From the NCBI GenBank assembly GCA_964627755.1, contig CAZVIH010000013.1, positions 2,148-66,147 of the forward strand: a DNA stretch of 64,000 nt, written 5' to 3'. Position 1 is the stretch's first letter, and every line of letters starts with the position of its first letter. The position numbers and the translations under genes are program-made. This DNA comes from an uncultured Anaerolineales bacterium (GTDB lineage Bacteria; Chloroflexota; Anaerolineae; Anaerolineales; UBA11858). Shown here piece by piece: positions 9,427 through 19,355 of the stretch. Below the pieces are notes generated by a model that was not told the DNA's origin, ran no database searches, and saw nothing but the letters and a program-made list of their open reading frames with translations.

Positions 9427-10491
9427 TCAGCTGGAGGTATGTTCATTGATGTAACCCACAGCCCAGACAGCGGCTTCTCTGACCAACGCTTCCTGGTCCC
9501 CAAGGGCCTTCTCAAGCGCTGGAAGGGCATCCTCATCCCCACGGTTTCCGAGCGCAAGAGCGACATTGCGCAGATAGCCCCGGCGTTTGGCTCTTTTAAT
9601 CGGGCTTCCTTTAAACCGGGCGCTGAATTCTTCCTGGCTCAGCCCCAGCTCCTGGGTCAGATCAATATCCATTAACTCTTCCCGGGGCTGAAAATCTTCC
9701 AGGATGTCAGGGGCTTCCTGCCCCGGTTTATTCCAGGGACAGACGATCTGGCAGATATCGCAGCCAAAGATCCAGTCGCCCATCCGGGAACGCAGTTTCA
9801 AGGGGATCTCATCCCGGTGTTCGATGGTCAGGTAAGAAATGCAGCGATTGGCATCCAGGGTATAGGGTTCTTTCAGGGCGCCGGTGGGACAGGTGTCCAG
9901 ACAGCGGGTGCAGGAGCCGCAGTAGGTTTCAGTGATCGGCGGGTCAGGGATCAGTTCCAGCCCGAGCAGGATCTCGGAGAGGAAGAAGTAAGAACCGTGT
10001 TCACGGTTGATGAGGGTGGTGTTTTTACCAATCCAGCCCAGGCCGGCCCGCATGGCCAGCTCTTTTTCAAGCACCGGACCGCTATCCACGTACCAGCGGT
10101 TAGGCACCGGGTTGCCGAACCAATCCTCGATGGTTTTCATCAATTCATTCAGGCGCTTCTCAAGTTCCGCGTGGTAATCCTGATTCAGGGCATAAGAAGC
10201 GATGTTGCCGCCCTTAACGTTGCCCCTTGGCGCAGGATAGGGGCAGGCCAGGACCAGGATCGTTTGGCATTCAGGCAGGATCTTCAATGGGTCAGAGCGC
10301 CTTTCCAGGGAACGTTCAGTATTTATCCAGTCCATGGAAGCGTTGTATCCTGAATCCAGCCAAGTTTGAAAGAAGTCCAGGTGATCAGGTGGGTCTGCTG
10401 TTGTCACACCCACCAGCGGAAATCCCAGTTCAACGGCTTTGCCTTTGATCTTCTTTGTCAGTTCACTTTTATCCATTTTTAAGGAACCCAT
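9427..10491 (-). CDS. queG: tRNA epoxyqueuosine(34) reductase QueG
   Basis: Two 4Fe-4S ferredoxin motifs (CGSCTRCLDTCP, CDICQIVCPWN), a B12-binding-type N-terminal half, and a C-terminal HEAT-like tail (ALALGNRGDEDALPALEKAL). An alternative start MDKS at 10476 would remove the 13-nt overlap with the upstream gene. Confidence 0.85.
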   Translation of the reverse strand: MGSLKMDKSELTKKIKGKAVELGFPLVGVTTADPPDHLDFFQTWLDSGYNASMDWINTERSLERRSDPLKILPECQTILVLACPYPAPRGNVKGGNIASYALNQDYHAELEKRLNELMKTIEDWFGNPVPNRWYVDSGPVLEKELAMRAGLGWIGKNTTLINREHGSYFFLSEILLGLELIPDPPITETYCGSCTRCLDTCPTGALKEPYTLDANRCISYLTIEHRDEIPLKLRSRMGDWIFGCDICQIVCPWNKPGQEAPDILEDFQPREELMDIDLTQELGLSQEEFSARFKGSPIKRAKRRGYLRNVALALGNRGDEDALPALEKALGDQEALVREAAVWAVGYINEHTSS

Positions 10492-11864
10492 CCTGGCTGG
10501 AAGCCGTTGATGATCAGGCGCAAGGGCTCGCCGCCGGTGGTATCGATCAGCCAGATCTCTGGAGGATCGGATAGAGCCGCCTGGTTGTAGCGCACGTAAG
10601 CCAATCGCTTCCCGTCCGGGTGCCAGGCAAATGAGGTGTGTTGATAATCTATATCTTCTGATAGTTGAGTGTTTTCTCCACTATTGATGTTCATAACCCA
10701 CATTTCCCGCCCCGGAGTCCAGAGTGAGGGATCGAGGGATTTATGACTATAAGCTAAAGTTAGCCCCGTGGGAGCGAAACCAGGATTGAGGTCTTCCGGG
10801 TAGCTGCTGCGGGAAAGGTCGAGCAGGGTCTTTTCCTTCAGGTCATAAAGCTGCAGGTGTCGGGGTGCCAGGGTATCGCTCAGGAACAGGATCTCAGAGC
10901 AGACAAAATACCGCCCGTCGGGGGACCAGCTGCCGTCCCCGCCGGTCTCATTGGGCAGGATTTGGATCTCATCTGTAGCTGGATTCCAAAATTGGTAAGC
11001 TTTCAGGGATTGATTGTAATAAGCAAGCCAACCTGAAGGTGACCAGAGGGGCTTTTCCAGGTATTGGTTATCTTCTCCCAGATCAATTCGGGTCAGGACT
11101 TCGATGTCCAATATCTGGACAGTGGGAAGTACCCCGGGTTCCCATGATAAATATTCGTAGGCCAGCAGATACCCATCAGAAGAAATCCTGGGAGAGGTGC
11201 ACAGCCCATCATCACAGACCATAACCTCTCCGGTCATTCCGGTTTGCCGGTTCAGGACCATGATACGGCTGGTGCCGTCTTCGCCGGATGAGCTGTAATA
11301 GATCTGTTCTCCATCAGGGGAGATGGAATAATCCAGGACCCCGTTTTCCTCATCCGTCAGTGCCTGGCTTTCCCCGCTGACCGGATTGACCAGGTAGAGG
11401 TTGCTGGGTCCATCTGCTGGCCACAAGTAGGTCAGCAGGATCGGGCTGACTTTCATTTCTGTGTTGAATTTATCCAGAAGGGGCAGGTTGATCCGAGATC
11501 GGGCTCCCCGTAAAAGTTGGATGTTGATGGTTTCGCTCGCAGGCCAGGATTTATTTGGCGTGAATGTGAGCTGGTTGAGATCCTCATTCCAGCTGAATTC
11601 GCCTGGCTGGTAAGGTTCCAGTACGATCTGGTTTTCTACACTCCCTTCATTCATGGGTTTTGTGAAGCTGATCATCAGCGGCTGGCGCCCGTGCAGGACG
11701 CCTTCCGAGGGCTCCACTCCCTCAACGCGGGGTGCAAGCTGCCAGCTAATCAAACCGATGATCAGCAGGAAAACAATGCCCAGAGCCAGCCCGATTTTCC
11801 ATCTCATGGCCCAATTATAATCGACATCACCTGCTAACTGTTTTTCTCCAACTGAATCCTGCAA
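10479..11864 (-). CDS. Membrane-anchored PD40/TolB-like beta-propeller protein
   Basis: N-terminal TM helix and an Ig-like SbsA-type segment. These are followed by six PD40-type repeats (ISPDGEQIYY, ISSDGYLLAY, WSPSGWLAYY, WSPDGRYFVC, FAPTGLTLAY, WHPDGKRLAY). Confidence 0.75.
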   Translation of the reverse strand: MQDSVGEKQLAGDVDYNWAMRWKIGLALGIVFLLIIGLISWQLAPRVEGVEPSEGVLHGRQPLMISFTKPMNEGSVENQIVLEPYQPGEFSWNEDLNQLTFTPNKSWPASETINIQLLRGARSRINLPLLDKFNTEMKVSPILLTYLWPADGPSNLYLVNPVSGESQALTDEENGVLDYSISPDGEQIYYSSSGEDGTSRIMVLNRQTGMTGEVMVCDDGLCTSPRISSDGYLLAYEYLSWEPGVLPTVQILDIEVLTRIDLGEDNQYLEKPLWSPSGWLAYYNQSLKAYQFWNPATDEIQILPNETGGDGSWSPDGRYFVCSEILFLSDTLAPRHLQLYDLKEKTLLDLSRSSYPEDLNPGFAPTGLTLAYSHKSLDPSLWTPGREMWVMNINSGENTQLSEDIDYQHTSFAWHPDGKRLAYVRYNQAALSDPPEIWLIDTTGGEPLRLIINGFQPGWVP

Positions 11865-11929
11865 GGTTGAAAAGAGACTGATTTTACAGCTTTGAGAGGA
11901 CAGAAAAACGGGGTTTATCTCATGTTAGA

Positions 11930-12961
11930 ATGATAGCTATGAAACGCTGGCAATTCTGGGTTGGGTTGGTTTTAAGCGCTGTATTCCTCTATTTCGCTCT
12001 GCGCGGCCTGGGGATCAATGAGATCTGGGAACCTTTAAAATCCGCCCGTTATTGGTGGCTATTACCCGGCGTGGCAGTTTATTTTGTCGGCGTCTGGATC
12101 AGATCCTGGCGCTGGCATTACTTGTTGCGTCCTGTTAAGCCGGTCTCTACAAAAAAGATGTTCCCGATTGTTGCCATAGGTTATATGGGCAATAATATCT
12201 ACCCGGCTCGGGCGGGTGAAGTCTTGAGAGCAGTGGTCCTGAAACGCAAGGAAGGAATCCCCATTTCTGCCTCTCTGGCAACCGTGATTGTAGAACGCAT
12301 TTTTGATGGCGTTGTCATGCTGGGTTTTGTGTTCCTTAATCTGCCCGAACTCGCCACCTTGACTGGAACATCCGGTTTTATAGGCAATATCCAAACCCTG
12401 ACTTTATGGGGATCAGCTGCATTTTTAGGGGCATTGGGTATTTTTATGCTGGCAGCCATGTTCCCCACCTGGGCTGAAAAAATGATCTCCAGGTTGATAG
12501 AGATCTTTCTGCCAGAACGATTCCGGGAAAAAGTCCAGGATCTCATCTTTAAATTTTTACACGGCCTGGAGTCTCTGCGTTCTCCCCGGGATGCGGTGAT
12601 GGTGCTGGTGACTTCGGTTGTGATCTGGCTCCTGGAAACAGGAAAATACTGGTTTGTGATGCACGCTTTTGATTTTCAGGTCAGCTTTTTTGCTTTGATG
12701 TTAATGAACGGTATTGTCAACCTGGCTACCACTATTCCCTCTGCCCCGGGGTACGTAGGCACTTTTGATGCCCCAGGTATCGCGGTCCTCTCGGCTTTTG
12801 GTGTGGATCAGGGTGTGGCAGCTGGTTATACCCTGGTTTTACATGCCGCATTGTGGTTCCCTATTACTTTGCTGGGCGCTTATTATATGGTGCGGGAAGG
12901 GATCCGCTGGCAGGGGGGTGAAGTGGTGGAACAAGAGGATGCAAACAACGAGGTGGATTAA
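11930..12961 (+). CDS. Flippase-like / lysylphosphatidylglycerol-synthase TM-region family membrane protein (UPF0104)
   Basis: About 8 TM helices. The family-typical segment is IRSWRWHYLL...GYMGNNIYPARAGEVLRAVVLK. Confidence 0.7.
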   Translation: MIAMKRWQFWVGLVLSAVFLYFALRGLGINEIWEPLKSARYWWLLPGVAVYFVGVWIRSWRWHYLLRPVKPVSTKKMFPIVAIGYMGNNIYPARAGEVLRAVVLKRKEGIPISASLATVIVERIFDGVVMLGFVFLNLPELATLTGTSGFIGNIQTLTLWGSAAFLGALGIFMLAAMFPTWAEKMISRLIEIFLPERFREKVQDLIFKFLHGLESLRSPRDAVMVLVTSVVIWLLETGKYWFVMHAFDFQVSFFALMLMNGIVNLATTIPSAPGYVGTFDAPGIAVLSAFGVDQGVAAGYTLVLHAALWFPITLLGAYYMVREGIRWQGGEVVEQEDANNEVD

Positions 12962-13025
12962 AGCATTATAATAAATGCAAGACATTCTTTGTCTCAAAAA
13001 GTGTCTTTTCGAAGGAGTACATTTT

Positions 13026-13670
13026 ATGACTCAGCCTAATAAAAAAACACCCTACCGCGTTTTGATCGCTGACGATGTCCTGGAAACGCGCCGGAACACC
13101 CGGCTCATGCTGGCTGATAATCCCATGGTGGATATTGTAGCTATAGCTCACAACGGCCGCGAGGCAGTTGAACTGGCTAAAAAACACCAGCCTGATATTG
13201 CCCTGATGGATATCAATATGCCGGAGATGAATGGTTTTGAAGCTTTCCAGGAAATGTATAAGATCTTTCCTACGATGGCCTGTGTCATCATCTCGGCCGA
13301 GGATGACAACCAATCCTTCAGGTCGGCCATGAATGTCGGAGCGAGAGAGTATCTGGTAAAACCGTTTACTGTTTATCAATTGAATAACGCTGTTAAACGA
13401 GTGGGTGATATTGTGAAAGCCGAACGCGAAAAAGCAGATGTGGCCAATCGACTAAAAGAGCAGCGGGCCTCCTATCTGCTGCAGCTGGCAGCTGAATACT
13501 CCAAATCCAGACGGACCGACGATGAAGCCGTGGAGGTTTTTGAACAGCTGGCGGCAAATCCCAAGTGTGAGGTGCGCTGGCTGCGAACTCTGGCCATGTT
13601 GTATATCATTCGCCAGGAGTGGATGAAGCTCCAGGTGCTGGCAGGACGCCTGGCTCGTCAGTTTGGTTAA
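13026..13670 (+). CDS. Response regulator (CheY-like receiver + helical C-terminal domain, no recognisable DNA-binding domain)
   Basis: Receiver motifs VLIADD, phospho-acceptor ALMDINMP, VIIISAED and EYLVKP. GAAGGAG lies 8 nt upstream of ATG 13026. The ORF-track start at 12975 has no SD. Confidence 0.8.
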   Translation: MTQPNKKTPYRVLIADDVLETRRNTRLMLADNPMVDIVAIAHNGREAVELAKKHQPDIALMDINMPEMNGFEAFQEMYKIFPTMACVIISAEDDNQSFRSAMNVGAREYLVKPFTVYQLNNAVKRVGDIVKAEREKADVANRLKEQRASYLLQLAAEYSKSRRTDDEAVEVFEQLAANPKCEVRWLRTLAMLYIIRQEWMKLQVLAGRLARQFG

Positions 13671-13694
13671 TCTTCAATTTCAAAGGAAATCTTA

Positions 13695-14972
13695 ATGAAA
13701 ACTGCAGTTGTTGGCGCTGGATATGCTGGGTTATCGGCAGCCTACGATTTAGCGCGCGCTGGACATAACGTTGTCATTTATGAAGCCTCGGACCGGGCGG
13801 GCGGGCTGGCCGTGGGTTTTAAGGAACCCCACTGGGACTGGTCAGTAGAAGCTTATTATCATCACTGGTTCGCCTCTGATAAGCACATGCTTGGTTTGAT
13901 CGATGAGCTTGGTTTCTCTGAGAAGGTCCGTTTCCCAAGACCTTATACGGTGATGATGTATAAAGGGAAATGGTATCCCTTTGATTCTATTCCCCAGGCT
14001 TTGATGTACCCGGGGTTAGGTTGGGGCATCAACAAAATCCGGTTCGGTTTGGTTGGACTATACCTTCGATTAACCAATAACTGGCAGGCGATGGAAAAAA
14101 CCACCGTAGATGCCTGGATGCGAAAATGGGCTGGCAACAAGGTTTATGAAACCATGTGGGAGCCAATGCTGAAGGGAAAATTCGGCTCGCGCTATAAAGA
14201 TGTCAATATGGCCTGGATGTGGGCCAGGATGCACGCCCGCACCTCGCGCCTGGGCACTTATGTGGGAGGTTTTCAAGCCTTCACAGATGACTTGGTTAAA
14301 GTTTTGAAGGATCTGGGAGTAGAGCTGCGCCTTCAAACCACGGTGAATGAGATAAATGAAAAACTGGAGATCACCTCAGATTCCGGCACCGAAAAATATG
14401 ATCGCATCCTGGTAACTACTTCTCCCGGACTGCTGTCCAGGATAGTGCCAGCTCTGCCTGGCAGCTACCAATCCGGCTTGAAGGACCTCAAGAGCATGGG
14501 AGCGATCGTACTCACCTTGTCGATCACCCATCAACTTTCTACACAAGGTTATTATTGGTACAACATCCCCAAGGAACAGGATTATCCTTTCCTGGCTGTG
14601 GTGGAACATACCAATTATCTCTCCCCGGAAAATTTCGGCGGGGATCACATTATTTACTGCGGCGACTACCGGGATGCGGATCACCGTTATTTTGAGATGG
14701 ACAAAGAGCAGATCCTGGCAGAGTTCCTGCCCCCGTTAAAAAGGATCAATCCAGATTTCGATCCAAGCTGGGTTAAAAAATCCTGGCTTTACCGTACAAA
14801 GTATGCCCAACCAGTACCGGAGCTGAATCATTCCAGAAGAATCCCGCCCATTCAAACACCCATCCAGGGATTATATTTTGCCAGTATGAGTCAGGTTTAC
14901 CCCTGGGACCGGGGAACCAATTTTGCGGTCGAGATAGGACGCCGGGCTGCGGTGATGATGTTGGAAAGTTAG
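13695..14972 (+). CDS. NAD(P)/FAD-dependent oxidoreductase (amine-oxidase / phytoene-desaturase-like fold)
   Basis: N-terminal dinucleotide-binding motif VVGAGYAGLSAAYDLARAGHNVVIYEASDRAGG. 425 aa. Confidence 0.7.
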   Translation: MKTAVVGAGYAGLSAAYDLARAGHNVVIYEASDRAGGLAVGFKEPHWDWSVEAYYHHWFASDKHMLGLIDELGFSEKVRFPRPYTVMMYKGKWYPFDSIPQALMYPGLGWGINKIRFGLVGLYLRLTNNWQAMEKTTVDAWMRKWAGNKVYETMWEPMLKGKFGSRYKDVNMAWMWARMHARTSRLGTYVGGFQAFTDDLVKVLKDLGVELRLQTTVNEINEKLEITSDSGTEKYDRILVTTSPGLLSRIVPALPGSYQSGLKDLKSMGAIVLTLSITHQLSTQGYYWYNIPKEQDYPFLAVVEHTNYLSPENFGGDHIIYCGDYRDADHRYFEMDKEQILAEFLPPLKRINPDFDPSWVKKSWLYRTKYAQPVPELNHSRRIPPIQTPIQGLYFASMSQVYPWDRGTNFAVEIGRRAAVMMLES

Positions 14973-14995
14973 ACGAACTCATTTAATCAAAGATC

Positions 14996-15036
14996 AGGAT
15001 ACTGTTTTCGGAAGAGAACCGTATCCTTTTGTTTTT
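14996..15036 (+). terminator. Rho-independent terminator candidate after the oxidoreductase gene
   Basis: AGGATAC ... GTATCCT stem followed by TTTTGTTTTT. Confidence 0.5.
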
Positions 15037-15306
15037 CCACTGGCTGGTCGGTCATTTATAACTTGACTGAAAGCTGAGCCCGGCGGATCGAACTCTAAAA
15101 CCTCAATATCGAGCACCCCCTTCCAACTCACCTTTTACGACTTACATCATCCGCCCCGCGGGCTTGCAGTGTGTAACTTCCTCCTATTATTATGAGCTTC
15201 TCCACTTAAAAAAAAGCCCGGAATTGAGTATATTAGGGGGACTATTGGTACAGATCTCTTTTTTTGGGAGTAACCCCGAATTCTTCCCGACTGCTGGAGT
15301 GGTTTT

Positions 15307-15771
15307 ATGGATAGCGAATTATTGACTCGTTTTGCTTTAATTGAGGATTTTTCAGAGGATCAGGTCAATGTTTTAAGGCCGATTATCGAGGATGTCAGGT
15401 TCGAAACCGATCAGATGATCTTTGAACAAGGTGATTCGGCGGATTATTTGTATTTTGTGCTGGACGGTAGGGTATCCATTCGTTTTAAACCTGAGGATGG
15501 ACCGGAATTAACAGTCTCCGAGGTGGATCAGGGAGGGGTTTTTGGCTGGTCGTCAGCTTTGGGTTCCAAAAGTTATACTTCTTCTGCAATCTGCACGGAG
15601 TGCGGTATTTTCATCCGGCTGGATGGCGAGAATTTAAAGAATATTTGCCAGGAATATCCTGAAACGGGTATACTGATATTAAATCGTCTGGCTGGAGTGA
15701 TTGCTCAACGACTGAGGGGTACTCATAAACAGGTTGTGGCACTGCTTCATCGAGGATTGAAAAGTATCTAA
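15307..15771 (+). CDS. Cyclic-nucleotide-binding domain protein (stand-alone cNMP-binding, 154 aa)
   Basis: Pattern typical of CAP/cNMP-binding beta-barrels: IFEQGDSADYLYFVLDGRVSI ... GGVFGWSSAL. Confidence 0.7.
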   Translation: MDSELLTRFALIEDFSEDQVNVLRPIIEDVRFETDQMIFEQGDSADYLYFVLDGRVSIRFKPEDGPELTVSEVDQGGVFGWSSALGSKSYTSSAICTECGIFIRLDGENLKNICQEYPETGILILNRLAGVIAQRLRGTHKQVVALLHRGLKSI

Positions 15772-15788
15772 CCCGGAGGGTTGTTGCG

Positions 15789-16034
15789 ATGAAAGAGGTT
15801 GAAAGAAATCTACGAGAAGAACAGATGGATAACCTGATCAAGAGCATCAGCGCTTACATTGAACAGTATCACGGCGGATCAGCAGAATTGGTTTCCTTTG
15901 AAGGTGATGTAGTTAAAGTAAGGTTGGGCGGTGCCTGCCTTGGTTGCCCATTATCAACTGCCACCTTGAATGGGTGGGTTCGGGGCACAATCCACCAATT
16001 CTTCCCGGATGTATCAGTCGAAGCTGCTGACTGA
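15789..16034 (+). CDS. NifU-like (C-terminal NifU/Nfu domain) protein
   Basis: 81 aa with GGACLGCPLSTATL (a CxxC motif in Nfu-type context). It lies 17 nt after the preceding gene. Confidence 0.65.
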   Translation: MKEVERNLREEQMDNLIKSISAYIEQYHGGSAELVSFEGDVVKVRLGGACLGCPLSTATLNGWVRGTIHQFFPDVSVEAAD

Positions 16035-16071
16035 GTATTAATATTATCGTTTCCAAAGGAGAGTATAACGT

Positions 16072-16359
16072 ATGGATACCTTTTATGTAGTGATAGAGAT
16101 CATTGGTCTTTTTGTTCAGATCCTTGGCCTGATTTTGTTTGGTGTCACGGTGGGCTGGCTTACATTATATGTCATCAAGCAGCCTGAGAAGAACTGGCAG
16201 CTGCAAAGCATCGTCTACAGCGTCTTCCTGGTATTTGTAGCATTATTTGCCAGGTACCTCACAGCGGGCGCCCTGGGTGCTTTTTTGCTCGGCGCCGCTG
16301 GAGCCATGATCTTCTGGGGTCTCATCCAAGGCCGCGTGAAATCTGAGAAAAAGAAATAA
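16072..16359 (+). CDS. Small membrane protein, unknown function
   Basis: 95 aa with three hydrophobic helices and a basic C-terminus (KSEKKK). An AAGGAGAG SD lies upstream. Confidence 0.55.
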   Translation: MDTFYVVIEIIGLFVQILGLILFGVTVGWLTLYVIKQPEKNWQLQSIVYSVFLVFVALFARYLTAGALGAFLLGAAGAMIFWGLIQGRVKSEKKK

Positions 16360-16444
16360 GCTGCGTCCAAGCGCAGTGATCGGATTTATGATACGCTATT
16401 ATGCGAGCATGTCAATCTTATTTGATCAGCGCCAAACGAAAGAC

Positions 16445-16471
16445 AAAGCCCCCCTCTCTGGGGGCTTTTTT
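16445..16471 (+). terminator. Rho-independent terminator
   Basis: AAAGCCCCC-ctctct-GGGGGCTTT stem followed by a T-run. Confidence 0.7.
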
Positions 16472-16512
16472 GTATGTAATTCTGTTTTTTCAGGATCAAA
16501 CTGGAGTAAAGA

Positions 16513-17670
16513 ATGGAAATCAAAATTGACAGGGAATTTATTACAGGGCTCTTGATTCGGCTGGTTCAAATAGATTCCAGAAATCCCTCGATGGTGACTG
16601 ATGGCCCGGGGGAAGGAAATATTGGATCGGTTTTGGCCGGTCTACTGGAGGATCTGGGGTTGAAAGTAACGACCTTTGACCTAGCTCCTGGAAGAGTGAA
16701 CATTGTAGGAATTTTACCTGGCACTGGAACTGGGCGATCGCTGATCCTCAATGGGCATATGGACACTGTTGGCGTGGATGAGATGGAAGATCCTTTCTCG
16801 GGGAAGGTTATGGATGGACGTCTATACGGCCGTGGCAGTCAGGATATGAAAGGTAGTTTGGCTGCTATGCTTGGTTCAATCAAGGCCCTGGTAGATAGTG
16901 GTGTAACCCTGGCTGGTGATTTGATCTTTACTGCTGTGGCGGATGAGGAAAATCAGAGTATGGGAACCATCGAATTGGTCAAATCTCTCATGGCCGATGC
17001 CGCGATTGTGACTGAGCCAACCGACCTGCAGCTCGTGTCCGCCCACAGGGGCTGGATCTGGTATGAGGTCGAGGTCAAAGGAAAAGCGGCTCACGGAAGT
17101 CGATTCCAGGATGGTAGAGATGCAATTCTCCTGATGGGGCGATTCCTGGTTGAACTGGAAAAACTCAGCGAAGAGTTGGTCCAACGGCCGGGCCACCCTC
17201 TGACCGGTCCCCCCTCTATCCATACATCGCTGATCGAGGGGGGATCCGATATGTGCACCTATCCTCCACGCTGTACTGTCAGTATTGAACGCCGAACAGT
17301 CAGTGGAGAAACAGAACCCCGGGTCACAGGGGAAATTCAGAAGATCATCAACGATCTCAATGTCGCGGACCCAGATTTTAATGCAAGCATAAAATTGATT
17401 GCTGAGCGATCTCCCCTCGATACGGACCCAGATTCTGAGATCATGAGAGCCTTAAAAGATGCTTTTCATAAACAGCAGGGAAAAACTGCTCAAATCACAG
17501 GCGCTGCCTATTGGACAGATGCCGCTCTGCTGGCGGAAGCTGGGATGGAGTCTGTTTTGATCGGTCCAAAGGGAGAGGGTTTGCACTCCGCGGAGGAGTG
17601 GGTCGAGCTGGACTCGGTTTACGATCTGGCTGAGATCCTGGCAGAAACAGCGATACTGTATTGTAATTAA
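16513..17670 (+). CDS. M20 family metallopeptidase (ArgE/DapE/ACY1-type deacylase)
   Basis: LNGHMDTV, GRGSQDMKG and ADEE metal-ligand motifs. 385 aa. Confidence 0.8.
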   Translation: MEIKIDREFITGLLIRLVQIDSRNPSMVTDGPGEGNIGSVLAGLLEDLGLKVTTFDLAPGRVNIVGILPGTGTGRSLILNGHMDTVGVDEMEDPFSGKVMDGRLYGRGSQDMKGSLAAMLGSIKALVDSGVTLAGDLIFTAVADEENQSMGTIELVKSLMADAAIVTEPTDLQLVSAHRGWIWYEVEVKGKAAHGSRFQDGRDAILLMGRFLVELEKLSEELVQRPGHPLTGPPSIHTSLIEGGSDMCTYPPRCTVSIERRTVSGETEPRVTGEIQKIINDLNVADPDFNASIKLIAERSPLDTDPDSEIMRALKDAFHKQQGKTAQITGAAYWTDAALLAEAGMESVLIGPKGEGLHSAEEWVELDSVYDLAEILAETAILYCN

Positions 17671-17685
17671 AAAAGGGACATACTT

Positions 17686-17722
17686 AAGGGGCTGAGTCCT
17701 ATGAAGGACTCAGCCCCTTTTT
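17686..17722. terminator. 15-bp perfect hairpin shared by two convergent genes
   Basis: AAGGGGCTGAGTCCT-atga-AGGACTCAGCCCCTT followed by TTTTC on the + strand. It begins 6 nt beyond the stop of the minus-strand CooC-like gene. Confidence 0.75.
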
Positions 17723-17724
17723 CT

Positions 17725-18516
17725 TTATAGTCCCAAAGTTTTATCCATCATGGAGGCAACCGCCAGATAGACCGGGGAATCATCTCCCAACTCAATGAGT
17801 GGTTTGCCTGTGAAATCGAATTCCACCACATTCTGATCCATAGGCACCGGGCCTAGGAAGGGAACCTCGATCTTGTCGATTCGCTCCTGCAGCGGTGTGG
17901 GAATCTCTCCCGGCACCCGGTTGAGGATGAAGTATGAATTTTTAACGTTGATCTCCAGTTCATCTTTTAACTGAACGATATTTTCGGCGGCTGACAGGCC
18001 GCGCATGGTGGGACCACTGACAATGAATAAATGATCCACATCCTGGGTGGTCCTGCGGCTGAGATGTTCCATACCGGCCTCGTTGTCCATCACTACAAAG
18101 GGATAATTATCGCTGAGTTTATCGAGGATATCTCTTAAGTTATGGTTTACAGCACAGTAGCAGCCTGGCCCTTCGGAGCGGCCCATGGCGATCAGATCGA
18201 ATTTGTCGCTTTCAATCAGGGAGTTGTGGATCTCGTAATCCAGATAATCATGTTTGGACATGCCCCCGGCAATACTGCCCCGGGCTGCCCCGCCGACGTT
18301 CTGGGCGCCCTGGACCTGTTTCAGCATGTCCTCACGGATTCCGCCCACAGTGCAGTCCAGATCCAAACCCAGGACCATATTAAGATTCGCGCTGGGGTCG
18401 GCGTCAATGGCCAGGATGGGTTGTTTTCCTTTATTGATCAGGTATTTAACGATCATGGCGGAAATGGTGGTTTTTCCTGTACCGCCTTTACCAGCCAGGG
18501 CAATGGTTGTGGTCAT
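17725..18516 (-). CDS. CooC/AcsF-type (SIMIBI class) nickel-insertion-like ATPase, paralogue 2
   Basis: Deviant Walker A GKGGTGKTT at the N-terminus. CxC motif GPGCYCAVN at the position of the CooC metal-binding Cys pair. 263 aa. Confidence 0.75.
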   Translation of the reverse strand: MTTTIALAGKGGTGKTTISAMIVKYLINKGKQPILAIDADPSANLNMVLGLDLDCTVGGIREDMLKQVQGAQNVGGAARGSIAGGMSKHDYLDYEIHNSLIESDKFDLIAMGRSEGPGCYCAVNHNLRDILDKLSDNYPFVVMDNEAGMEHLSRRTTQDVDHLFIVSGPTMRGLSAAENIVQLKDELEINVKNSYFILNRVPGEIPTPLQERIDKIEVPFLGPVPMDQNVVEFDFTGKPLIELGDDSPVYLAVASMMDKTLGL

Positions 18517-18523
18517 TATGGGT

Positions 18524-19318
18524 CTACTCCTCTAAATATCTCTCGGGATAAGGTTCCAGTAAAGTTTGAGCGATCTCTTCAGATGCCTTGAATAAAGCAG
18601 GCACATGATCATAAACTGGCTTGCCCAGCCGATCCGCGTCCAGCACACCCAGGTCCATAGGCAGAGTGCCCAGCAGAGGAAGGCCTGGGGAATTCTTCAC
18701 CAGGAAATCTTTTTCTTCTTCGGTGCGGACCTTGTTGCCCACCAGCCAGAGTCTATTTAAACCGATATCCTTGGACAGATCCTTAATCTGGGCTGCAGTA
18801 CCCAGACTGCGCTGGGTGGGTTCCACAACAACGATCATGGCATCAACAAAATCAACAGTGGCCCGTCCTAGATGCTCCACACCCGCGTACATATCAATGA
18901 TCAATACATCATCTTCGCGGAACATCAGATGAGTGAAAAGGGTCTTTAACATGGCGCTTTCCGGGCAGATACAGCCCGATCCACCCAGGTCAACACTGCC
19001 CATCTCCAGTAAGCGTACGCCTCGATGGATAACGCTGAAGCGTTCAGGGATGTCATCAACACGAGGATTAAGTGTAAAAAATCCTCCCACGGTTCCAGAT
19101 TTGGCGCCGGTTCGCTCCTCAATCAGCTGATCCATTTCGGCTATGGGGCTCAGTTTTGCTCTCAAATTCTCAGGCAGACCTAATGCGCCGGCCAGGCAGG
19201 GTGAGGGATCTGCATCCACGGCCAGAACATCTCGTCCCTGGTCTGCATAATATTGAGCCAATAAGGCTGCCAGGGTGGTTTTGCCAACCCCCCCTTTTCC
19301 ACTGATTGCTAATTTCAT
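18524..19318 (-). CDS. CooC/AcsF-type (SIMIBI class) nickel-insertion-like ATPase, paralogue 1
   Basis: Deviant Walker A GKGGVGKTT and CxC motif GGSGCICPES. 264 aa. Separated by 7 nt from the downstream paralogue. Confidence 0.75.
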   Translation of the reverse strand: MKLAISGKGGVGKTTLAALLAQYYADQGRDVLAVDADPSPCLAGALGLPENLRAKLSPIAEMDQLIEERTGAKSGTVGGFFTLNPRVDDIPERFSVIHRGVRLLEMGSVDLGGSGCICPESAMLKTLFTHLMFREDDVLIIDMYAGVEHLGRATVDFVDAMIVVVEPTQRSLGTAAQIKDLSKDIGLNRLWLVGNKVRTEEEKDFLVKNSPGLPLLGTLPMDLGVLDADRLGKPVYDHVPALFKASEEIAQTLLEPYPERYLEE

Positions 19319-19355
19319 ACCCTTCTCCTTGCTTTATAGAAGTAATGCAAATATT

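Noticed and set aside
15138-15152. The 11-mer GTAAGTCGTAA (minus sense) occurs here and again near 24189-24200. It also resembles the 16S rRNA 3' end (AAGTCGTAACAAGG).
   Set aside because: Roughly a thousand or more chance 11-mer coincidences are expected in 64 kb on two strands. The flanks do not align, and the similarity to 16S does not extend.
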